A stretch of 44,201 nucleotides of DNA from Salisapilia sapeloensis CBS 127946 (Eukaryota; Protista; Oomycota), in contig JAADVB010000160.1 of NCBI GenBank assembly GCA_023334545.1, forward strand, positions 1 to 44,201, in the 5' to 3' direction. Below are positions 34,178-43,762 of this stretch, one piece after another. The notes beneath the pieces were generated by a model that had not been told where the DNA came from, did not search any database, and saw nothing but the letters and a program-made list of their open reading frames with translations. Position 1 is the first letter of the stretch, and every line of letters starts with the position of its first letter. The translations under genes and the position numbers were made by a program.

Positions 34178-35248
34178 ATGGACATCTGCACGGCACACGG
34201 GAAATTAATTCTCGATGGCACCACGTTCTATCTGAAGGGAGCGAGTTACTTTGGTCTGGAAAGTGATATTCGAGTACCACATGGGTTGTGGGGAGGTAAC
34301 GACTCGACCAACATTGCTGCCATCGCAACGTTTCTCCGTCAAAATAAATTTAATGTCGTTCGACTGCCTTTAGCAGCGGATGCAATCGATGCGAATGCTA
34401 GTATCGATACCAACAAGATTGGCAATGAAAAGGAGCTTTTAGAGAAGTTTCACGGTAGAGAACTAAAGTATCTAGACATGATCGATCATACTGTCAAAGT
34501 TTTTGGCCAGCATCATGTACTTGTGCTCTTGGACATGCACGTCCTTCACACCGGTGGACCCATTTCCGAGCTATGGTATGATCCTGCTGATCCAGATCTC
34601 GTCCAAAGAGCATGGAAGACACTGGCAACTCGGTTTTCTACTGCATGGAACGTGATAGGAGCCGACGTGATGAACGAGCCTCATGGAGCTGCTACATGGG
34701 GCACGAATGACAAAGCGACAGACTGGCGTCTTGCAGCTACTCGTCTTGCATCCACCATCCACGCTGTGTGTCCTCGATGGTTAATCTTCGTTGAAGGTAT
34801 CCAAAATCCTCAACATGCCCAGCCTCCATCGTTCTGGGGCGAAAACATATCGGACGCTCAAGAGCATCCGATCCATCTCCAAGTTTCCAATAAACTCGTC
34901 TACAGTCCACATGTCTACGGTCCAAGTGTCTCTCACCAGCCTTACTTTGATTCCTCCGACTATCCTATGAACCTACCTAATATCTGGCATGAACACTTTG
35001 GTGTCTTGGCGGGAGACACGCCGATCGTCATTGGCGAGTGGGGAGGTTCCTACAACTCTCCACCAGATCAACAGTGGCAAGAAGCCTTTGCAGAGTATCT
35101 CGAAAAGAGTCAGATCGGATCCATCTACTGGTGTGTCAACCCCAACTCTGGTGACACTCAAGGTCTCCTCCAAGACGACTGGCAGACACCACGTATCGAC
35201 AAGCTAGCTGTCTTAGATCGTTTTAAAAGTACAAACATCGCGCCATGA
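34178..35248 (+). CDS. Glycoside hydrolase family 5 (endoglucanase-like), 356 aa, intronless, no obvious signal peptide
   Basis: GASYFGLE...HGLW, NVVRLP, VLLDMH, acid/base MNEPHG, YSPHVYGPSV, nucleophile IGEWGG, YWCVNPNSGDT.GLL.DDW. Confidence 0.95.
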   Translation: MDICTAHGKLILDGTTFYLKGASYFGLESDIRVPHGLWGGNDSTNIAAIATFLRQNKFNVVRLPLAADAIDANASIDTNKIGNEKELLEKFHGRELKYLDMIDHTVKVFGQHHVLVLLDMHVLHTGGPISELWYDPADPDLVQRAWKTLATRFSTAWNVIGADVMNEPHGAATWGTNDKATDWRLAATRLASTIHAVCPRWLIFVEGIQNPQHAQPPSFWGENISDAQEHPIHLQVSNKLVYSPHVYGPSVSHQPYFDSSDYPMNLPNIWHEHFGVLAGDTPIVIGEWGGSYNSPPDQQWQEAFAEYLEKSQIGSIYWCVNPNSGDTQGLLQDDWQTPRIDKLAVLDRFKSTNIAP

Positions 35249-35282
35249 ACAATTCATTTCCAACTCTAGTTATGCATGCAAA

Positions 35283-37091
35283 TTAGTCCAACGACACGGC
35301 CGTGCTGAGGTCCAAGTGGGTCAATCGTGCCGTCCCGAGCAGTCGTTCTGGTAGTTCCTCCATTTGCTGTGCCTCGAGCACGAAACCCATGTCAATCACC
35401 AGTTTCTTCGTGTACCCTGCCACAAGCCCAACGACTCGATTTGCCACAGCAGACGACGCAATGTCGACACCTAGTTCAAAGTACTGTTCCCCTCGATGAT
35501 ATACCTGTCGTAGCTTTTTCCCCAAGATCGTCGGTGTGTTCCCGACAGCTTGTCGCACGATAAAGCTACCTTCGACGATGCACGGAATGAGTTTAAACCT
35601 TTCATCTCGGAAATCATCCGAGCCTTCGAGGAAGTCTTGAAGTAGCTCCGACGTCGGTGATCCGTCCGTCAGGAGCGACGGATGAGGGAGCTGGTAGTAC
35701 ACGACTAGATTCAATTTGCGAGAGCCAGGGACCATAAAGTTCATGACAAATGTAAACGGCATCGTCGTCCCGTCCTGCCTATGTCTAGCTAATTCTTTCT
35801 GTACGACATTATCCGGTCGAGCGGCAATGTGGTCAATCGTCTTGGACGTCTCGAAGAGGTCCATGCCGACCATTCGGAAGAGTGGAGGTGCAGAAGGGAT
35901 CTTACGTCTATCAGTCAAATAGTCCGGACCACGCACTAGTACGGTGCTACCGTCTGGTTCTGCCCACATCGCTTTCGGGACACTCGTGGACAATTCCTTT
36001 AGTGTCGACACGGACGCTGACTTGTCGACTGTCGACTGGATTTCCCCCGTCGAAGAATGATGACTAAGTACTCCTGCTGCTTCTTCAGCAGATGAAATGA
36101 CAGCAGTGAACTCTTCCGAGATATTTGGTGTCACGTACTTGCGTGCTTCCATGACTTCCTGTAGACCAGACAAAACTAGTATATGTGGCTTCAAGTACTG
36201 ATACAAACGATTGAAACGAAGGAGGAGACTGCTTTCCCACCCTTGTGGATCCAAGTGCACGACGTTCGTGACGAGAGATGTCGAGTCGTCTGTGAGACTA
36301 ATGGGCAGTTCACGAGGCGAGATGATGTAGCCACTGCCTTTGCAAGTCGCACGGACCATGTCTTGTGTCGTGGGACACTCCGGATGGACAGTGCTTTGTA
36401 GACAAATGACGTACGACCCGTCGTCCGTGCGTCGCCAATATCGCAGCAAACACGCGTCTCGAGGCTTGAGCCACCTAGAAACAACTAAGTCGACTAGTAC
36501 ACAGATCTCTTGATAGCTAATTACGTCGGCCAGAGCCACATGGGCTTGTAGATGAGTCGAATAATGTCCGAGTGATCATCGATCGTCTGTATAGCATACG
36601 CATTCTCCACGGCTGTATCCCACCTAGAGCATACCTTAGTACCTAGTTGAGATGTATACGATACAAAAAGATTACATGGGATAGTTTTCGAGGTTCATGA
36701 GGTACATGAAGATCTCTGAGGGAGAGCCATCGATGACTTGTACCGTCTTAAAGCACGGAACGTCTCTCCTCGCACGTACGCTCGACATGGACCACAAGAC
36801 GCCGACCAGGACGAGGAAGGCTAGAACCAGCCCACCACCAAGCCCAGCTCCTCCGAACAAGCCAGCGACAAACGAGATACCAGCAGCAGAACATGCCGAT
36901 ACGAGTGCTCGATTCAGCGGCTCGGCAAAGCTTTCATGTCCTTCATCCTCCTGCCAAATTTGCATCCCGGCAAATAGGTCGACAACCTTCCAATTTGCCT
37001 GGAACATCGCCCAGGACCTTTCCAACTCACTCAAGAGCTTGAGCGTATCGGACGGCTCAGCGTTCATTTTCGCTGGTGTAATCGCTGCCAT
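35283..37091 (-). CDS. EDR2-like START plus DUF1336 (EDR2_C) protein, 568 aa, 3 exons
   Basis: START segment PRDACLLRYWRRTDDGSYVI and DUF1336 motifs W.EPD...V.VRGPDYL.DRRKIPS and FRDERFKLIP.IVEGSFIVRQAVG.TP.ILG...YFELGVDI. Introns 36624-36675 and 36475-36524. Confidence 0.9.
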
Positions 37092-37341
37092 ATTTATGAT
37101 CTCCTTGTAAAAGATACTTTCGACAATCAAATGCCACTTGCGAAATGGCTCCACCAGTCAGGATGTGCAAGAGTCGACAGAGACTCAGTCGAGGACGTCG
37201 CACGAGAGCTCTCGGGCTGGTCGATCAAGAATTAGAGGTAGAGGGATCGACAGATGTACCGTGCAAGAGAGCATACGAAAGACATACGATTGTCGAGATG
37301 TAAACTATATGCCAACCTATAGTCTACCTATGCCCGAAAAG

Positions 37342-40311
37342 CTATAGCTTGGACGACCTCGGACGCTCGCGTTCGGGGAAGAGCGGCATTTGTCGTCGGA
37401 AGGCTGTCGCGTCCTTGATGAGTACGGAAGAAGAGGCTTGGGGGGTTAGAGACACGGCTGCTGCGACGCCAACGTCTTCCTTTTCACCTTGTACCTCCAC
37501 AAGTTCGTGCTCACATCCATACAATTGGATACTAAGCTTACTCCTTTCCTTTCCATCCGCACTGATATACGTATCAAAGAGGTCAATAATATCTTGACGA
37601 TGCAATGTCCGGACGACCGTCGCAAGTTCCTGCCGACGGTTAAAGTAAAACATTTCCGTCGCAATCTCTCGCCACAATCGAATGTACTCTTCCGACTCCC
37701 GCTTTGGTTTCTCCACGAGAGACTGCACCACTGCTTCTACTTGTTTCTTCCACGTCTCTTCTGGCATCGACAAAATCCAATTTCGGAATTCAAGTAAGAA
37801 ACTTTCCACTCGACTATCCAAGTACATCGGATCTCCGACAGTCGATTGCACGATGATACGAAGGTATTCGATACCCTCTTGATGCATACTTCCAGAAAAC
37901 ACAATGTATCCTAATTGCTCTTGCGTTCGAAGCTGATTGAAGCACGGTTCTTTCAGTACATGTGCCAGTACTTCGAGAGCAGCTCGTTTCTCCAGTGTTT
38001 CCTGGCCGACTTGGAAAAGGACACTTAGTGCCGAGTTCTTGTTCTGATCATTCCAATCCTTCCTTCGATACGCATACTCAGTCCCGGCATGTAGACGCAC
38101 GATACGAGGTCGAAGCGACTGGCTTGGAAGCAGCGGCCAGCTGCCTTCATGCTTGGCATCGAAAGCGAATTGGGACACGACACCGTCCAACAGGTCCTTA
38201 GCATGATGCTCTTGGATGTTGCCATAACAAAAGCCTTCGACAAAAACCTCTTGCAAAAGGCTTTGAGCATGCAATGCCAAGTCTTGGACGGACATGTGTT
38301 CAATCGCTTGGACTTTATCCTCCACGCTCCATTTAGACGCATCTAGGACCAGACCAGCGCTGTACACCGTGTGCTGATACGGTTCTTCCATAAAAAAGTT
38401 CTCGTACAAGCGCTTCGTCCGGTCCTTGACTCGATCAAACACATTTTCCTTGAACTGAAACGCAGGTGAAGTCATGTTCAGCAACTGCTTCAACACTCGA
38501 TCGAGTAGCTTGTCTAGTTTCTGAGAGAACCCACCGACGTATAGCTCAATCGCACGCGAGTTGAAAGATATGTCATAGTCCATACCAGCAAGCTCTGCGT
38601 CGTAGCTCCATTCAGTCAATTCGTCCTTGAGATAGCGAACGAAGAGACTAGTGAGGACACCATGACGAGGTGTTGGAGACACCATGGGCGAGTAGAATAG
38701 AAAAGACAAGGATAAGCGAGGTTTACGAAAGTATGTGTCCGCTTTGAACCACAGACGACACTGGTCGTCGTGTCGGACTTGCAAAGGAGCTTCTAGCACG
38801 TACTCACCACTCACCTCGGTGAACGGAGATGACGGTACGACGATATGGAAGTCAGTGCAGATGAGGTCGTTACGAGAAGGTAGATGCAGCGCTGTGTTTA
38901 TGTCTGGATGCTGCCACTTGGATACGAGGTCTGATGGGAGTTTCGAGTAGCTGTATGGAGTCTTGTACCACGTCTCGGCTAGATCCGTCGTCTCTTGGAA
39001 CTGTTTGCTCACCATGGTAAGACGCACACGCTCCGGGACGAGTAATTTCAGAATCTCTTGTGTCTTCTGACTGTCGTACTTGAACATCAAGTGTGGTCCA
39101 GCGATCACTAGTTCCTTCGGGTACTTGTGTAGGTTACCAGAAAGCGAATGGACGTAGTTAATCGGTCGTTCTTTGCTTTTGAATCGGAATTGTGTCGCGT
39201 GCAAGTCTCGAATTTCATGGTACATCCATTCCTCGATTGGAGCAGCACGCTGGAGCATCGCGAGGTACTGGAAGACAGCATTAGCAACGTCATAACACTT
39301 TTCAATCCCGACTTCCGTCGCGTCGATGTTCACGACGAACATCCCCCAGTCTTCGTGATCACGAACCAAGCCGGCGTAGAGGCCATTCGCTAGTTCCTGT
39401 TGTTTCAAGTAACTTAATAGAGACCCAGCGCCTTCATGGCCAAGGAGGTGCGATAGAATACGACTCGGCTTGCTCATGTACTCATCGTAGAGTGACGGCG
39501 TGGGCCATGCAAGCTCTATGACACGCAAGTCTTTCACGGGCGTCACACGTACTTCCGTCTGGAGGCGAGACGAATCGAATGGGAGGACACCGCCGAACTC
39601 TGGGGGAGATCTCCCAGAAGTCGGGACGCTCGTGAAGAGATTTTGCGCCCATGACTTGAGCGTCGTTAAGTCCTCTTGTCCGTACAGCACGAGCTTCATG
39701 ATACTCGCCGAGTAGTACGTCGCATGGAAGTCGAGCAGCGCGTCTCGCACGTGATCGCCGCCTAAGGTGTGGATGTTCCCTGTACCGAACTTGTGGAAGG
39801 CATGGTCCGGATTTGCCAACGACTTGAGGAGCTGATACAGTCGACGATGATCGTTCTGGAGGTTCTTACTATGCTCCGAGTCGACTGCACGGCGTTCACG
39901 GTCCGTCGCACTCGGTGTAAAGAGCGGCGCGACGAAGAACTGGGCAAAGCGATCTAGTGCACCGAGAAAGTGTTCTCCAAGCACGTCGAAATAAAAGTTC
40001 GTGTGCGTCGCGGACGTCGCAGCGTTGCTACGACCTCCGTGTGCACTTAGGAACTGCTTATAACTGTTCTCATCAGGGTATTTTTCCGTCCCGAGGAAGA
40101 GCATGTGCTCACAGAAGTGCGCTAGTCCAGGCAAATCGTCCGGATCGCTCTGATGCCCGACGTGGACGTCCATGGACGCCGCAGACTTTTCAGAGTACGG
40201 ATCGGAGACCAAGAGCACTTGGAGTCCATTCTCCAGTAAAATACTTTCGTACTGACGATCATCTAGCGCCGAGATCTGAATGTCATGGCTCATACGTACT
40301 GCGTCCGACAT
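37342..40311 (-). CDS. Insulin-degrading-enzyme-like M16A metallopeptidase, 989 aa
   Basis: Inverted zinc motif GLAHFCEHMLFLGT, LGHEGAGSLLSYLK, and FNQLRTQEQLGYIVFS. Likely start at ATG 40311. Confidence 0.95.
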   Translation of the reverse strand: MSDAVRMSHDIQISALDDRQYESILLENGLQVLLVSDPYSEKSAASMDVHVGHQSDPDDLPGLAHFCEHMLFLGTEKYPDENSYKQFLSAHGGRSNAATSATHTNFYFDVLGEHFLGALDRFAQFFVAPLFTPSATDRERRAVDSEHSKNLQNDHRRLYQLLKSLANPDHAFHKFGTGNIHTLGGDHVRDALLDFHATYYSASIMKLVLYGQEDLTTLKSWAQNLFTSVPTSGRSPPEFGGVLPFDSSRLQTEVRVTPVKDLRVIELAWPTPSLYDEYMSKPSRILSHLLGHEGAGSLLSYLKQQELANGLYAGLVRDHEDWGMFVVNIDATEVGIEKCYDVANAVFQYLAMLQRAAPIEEWMYHEIRDLHATQFRFKSKERPINYVHSLSGNLHKYPKELVIAGPHLMFKYDSQKTQEILKLLVPERVRLTMVSKQFQETTDLAETWYKTPYSYSKLPSDLVSKWQHPDINTALHLPSRNDLICTDFHIVVPSSPFTEVSGEYVLEAPLQVRHDDQCRLWFKADTYFRKPRLSLSFLFYSPMVSPTPRHGVLTSLFVRYLKDELTEWSYDAELAGMDYDISFNSRAIELYVGGFSQKLDKLLDRVLKQLLNMTSPAFQFKENVFDRVKDRTKRLYENFFMEEPYQHTVYSAGLVLDASKWSVEDKVQAIEHMSVQDLALHAQSLLQEVFVEGFCYGNIQEHHAKDLLDGVVSQFAFDAKHEGSWPLLPSQSLRPRIVRLHAGTEYAYRRKDWNDQNKNSALSVLFQVGQETLEKRAALEVLAHVLKEPCFNQLRTQEQLGYIVFSGSMHQEGIEYLRIIVQSTVGDPMYLDSRVESFLLEFRNWILSMPEETWKKQVEAVVQSLVEKPKRESEEYIRLWREIATEMFYFNRRQELATVVRTLHRQDIIDLFDTYISADGKERSKLSIQLYGCEHELVEVQGEKEDVGVAAAVSLTPQASSSVLIKDATAFRRQMPLFPERERPRSSKL

Positions 40312-40539
40312 GCTTCTCGTTTCGCTTTTTTTATATTCTACCGGACGCTCCGGAGGCGTAAGGCGTGGTGTGAAGCGTTGTACGATGTACGATCTCCCGT
40401 TACACGAGGAACATGGAAGGTTTGAAGCGGTAAAGTAGAGAGACAAATAAGGAGAAACAAGTAGACTATAGTGTCTTTATTCATGCATATTCCTCGACGC
40501 AAAGCATACGACAGGAGAACGATAAGCAGAAATGGAGAA

Positions 40540-40612
40540 GCGCGGTTGGCGTAATCGGATAACGCGTCGGTCTTATACCCCGGAGATGCGGGTTTAAGTC
40601 CCGCATCGTGCA
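40540..40612 (+). tRNA. tRNA-Ile (anticodon UAU), intronless, with atypical positions
   Basis: Cloverleaf: acceptor GCGCGGT/ATCGTGC, D stem GCGT/ACGC, anticodon arm TCGGT-CTTATAC-CCCGG, T arm GCGGG-TTTAAGT-CCCGC. Deviations are T at position 56 and a T31-C39 mismatch. Confidence 0.75.
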
Positions 40613-40755
40613 ACTTAACCTAGTACTAGTCTCCTACCTCAACTGCATACACCCATGGACTCCGTGTCCGATCGATTCAAAGTATCTCTTGCCAATATCC
40701 ATTTCCTTCCTACTTGTCGTCGACTAGCACTATGCCCAAGACTCATCCTCCATCT

Positions 40756-42053
40756 CTACGACCGTTTAGCAAGACGACCAAAGCGGACGACAACAGGTCG
40801 CGGGGCTTCTCGCAATCGATATAGAATCCGAGATAATCCCATGCCTGTCACTTCCTGTCCATTCACAGCGAGGATGACGACACCGTTCTGGATCTCCGGA
40901 TAACGTCTCGCTTCCGAGCCTTCAAAGCATTCCTTAACGATCGCAAACTGCTTACTTTCATCCGATCCGAGCTTCATGCCGATCGCCTGCTGCTTAAACA
41001 CAATATCAAAGACGTTTTCCAAGTGATTTAACGGACTCTCTTGACTCGAAGGACGTTGGCGAGGTGGTGTCTTGGGCAAATGAGCAGGAGACATGGACGC
41101 GGAGGAGCTTCGAGCGGGAGCTGGTGCTGGTGGCTTCTGAGCTTGCTCAATCGAGCTTGAAGTAGAGATAGGTGGACGTGGAGGTTCGACTCGACTGTCC
41201 TCCGGGTACGATCCAGAGCTGCTGATAGATGGACTGCGCTGCGGTGTCGACTGTCGCTGGCTGCATGTGCATTTCGTCGGGAGTTTATGACATCGAGAGC
41301 AGGATTGCCAGTCTGCAGGAGAGTCTGCAGGAGACGGAGGGATGGTATCGGCATCGAATGTGCCTTTCATGTAGCTTTCCATGAGCGATAGAAAGTGTTC
41401 CTTCTGCGCTTGCTGTCGACGCACGGTGGCGTGTGGTGGCGTCCGTTTGCCAATGAGTGTAAAGGCGTAGAGCTGCTGGAAGAAGAGGCCATTAGTGGAA
41501 TCGAGAGACTCATCGGACATGCTGCCAGGGTACGATCGCAGCCATGGGAACATGGCACTATGGATTCATGAAGATGAGCAAGCGATAGCGTAGGAAATAG
41601 ACCGACGTACTGTTTGTTTGTCAAGTCAGGTGTCTGTAGGAGTGTCCTGGCATCAATGACGTCCATGGGAGAAATGACTTTGCCAATAGGCTCCTGTAAA
41701 TCGATGACTAGCATGGGCATGAGCATATGCAAGTGTATCGGACTGAGATGGGTGCAGACCTTGGCGACGAGTGCGATTATAAAGCACTTCGAGCTCATCT
41801 TGTAATGCATCTGGGTTTTGCTTCTGAAGGCTCTTGAGATTCGTCCGATAGATCTTTCTCGCTTGCTGCAGTAGCCATTGCGCCGGGTGTCGAGGGTCGC
41901 ACGGTATATCGTACGTCTGGGTTTTTACAAAGAGTCTATTGCATGTGATATTGAGCCGCAAGTACTATTGTTCCTCGTGGGTATAGAGTACCGGACGGTG
42001 ATAGCATTGTCATCAACAGCATCGTTGGACCCGTAGCGACCGTCTCTCATCAT
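40756..42053 (-). CDS. Hypothetical protein with C-terminal PDZ-like domain, 378 aa, 4 exons
   Basis: C-terminal FDIVFKQQAIGMKLG...VKECFEGSEA....IQNGVVILAVNGQEV...RLREAPRPVVVRF. Introns 41936-41991, 41708-41759 and 41558-41610 give one continuous frame. Confidence 0.8.
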
Positions 42054-42210
42054 TGTTCTTTCGCGACGATCTTCCTACTGTCCTCTTCCGCCTCGATTCG
42101 TCCGCTCAAAAGACACAAATATCCCATGGAAAAGATACGATGGATGAAAATAGCCATTTTACAACCGACTTTGTAGCGGAAATAGCACTTTACACACTAT
42201 CTGGACAGCT

Positions 42211-43474
42211 ATGACTAGCATGGCTAGTGGGACGAATGCACACTTGTATCTGGGAGAACTGGAGGATTTAGAGGCTTCACAGCAAAGTTATTATGCAGAC
42301 GGTCAAGTACTGGAGCTCCCGGTTATTCATTTGCCACAGACAGTAATATGTATAAACGAATATAAGCGATTGCGTTCTAAGTTTTATTGCCATTGCCTAC
42401 TAGATCATCTTTCCTGGCAGCAATTTACCACTACGAGCTCTTTCAAGTCATGTGTCAGACACCCTTCGCCAGCGACTCCAGTCCCGTCAAAACTTGATCG
42501 CAGTTATCAATCAATCGGTACCTGGTTCCTTTGATCTAGCTGCTGGTCATGCTCCTAACACATTCCAGTATATAATTGAAGACGATGACGAACGATATGG
42601 ATCAACAATACGCATCGAACGAATGAGCATCGAGGAAGAAAGCGTCGTCGTCACTGGTGTAGCCAAACAGCGCTGTGTTGCGTTGGATACGATGTCATCG
42701 ACAAGCCTCATAGGCCGCGTGCAAATCCTTCCGACGCATTCACCACCCCGTCTTCCATTTTCTCTCCTACCATACGCACACTATGACACGCCCGCCAAGC
42801 GTGAAAAAGTTTCTCGTCGTTTTTGTTTCCTCCGTTTTCCTACTCACGTCCAACCCGATGCCCACTTCCAGTTCGATGCCTACGCGCTCATCGATCGCAT
42901 CCAAAAACTTTGGATTTCTTCCTTCCAGTTACAACAAATCCGCAGTGAACAAGGTGACACGTCCTATCTTGACGCTCCTATCGGCATTCCATCAAGCGTC
43001 ACGAAAGACCCCGTTCGTTTCGCCTACTGGGTCGCATCCGCTCTTCCGTTGGATCATTCCCAACGTCGCGAGCTATTCAAAATCGATTGCATCGTTCAGC
43101 TACTTCGTCAGGAGCTAACTTTGTTGCAGCACATGCAGGATGAATTGTATTGTGAACGCTGCAATGAGCACCTCGCAAGCACCGAACAGCTCTTTCTCAT
43201 GTCGTCTGCTGATACGTTTGTGAACCCTCATGGGTTTGTTCACCAGCTTCTTACTTTTCGAAATGTACTCACCGATCGTCTGTACTCGACCGATGAATTC
43301 AGTACGCAAGAAAGTTGGTTTCCCGGATACTCTTGGAGCATCATCCACTGTCGCCGGTGTTTCGCGCACCTCGGATGGAGATTTGATCGTACGGACGAGT
43401 CTCTCCATCCAGCTTGCTTCTACGGTTTCCGACAGACATCACTTACGCCATTTGGGGATCCAGAAGAGATGTAG
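42211..43474 (+). CDS. CRBN: Cereblon-like protein (LON N-terminal domain plus CULT domain), 400 aa, 2 exons
   Basis: HLYLG...LPV...IIFPGSNLPLR across intron 42343-42403, FAYWVASALPL...R.ELF, and CULT motifs CERC, FVNPHGFVH, SWFPGYSW, CRRC.AHLGWRF. Confidence 0.93.
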
Positions 43475-43762
43475 AGAGGGATAGTAGAGTACATGTGTTG
43501 CAGTTCGGGAGCTATTCACTTAATATATGGTACTTGAGGCAAATGCTCACTTGCGACAGCAGGCTCAGAGTTTAGCTTGCACAAAAGGTATTGATAGAAA
43601 CCCAGTATACTGTGCTAGATTGGTGCGAATGCCAAAGATGTTATCCCAGGTGACGTTTGGAGCCACGCATATACTACAATTTCTGTTCTTATAGTGCTTA
43701 CGAGGTGGAAATGACCGAGTTACGGAAGTGATGTATCTGAACCGAGACGAAGTTCGAAAAGT

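Noticed and set aside
7529-43474. Alternative genetic code or stop-codon readthrough to explain broken ORFs
   Set aside because: Every break is resolved by a GT-AG intron of 50-64 nt, and TAA, TAG and TGA all serve as terminal stops.
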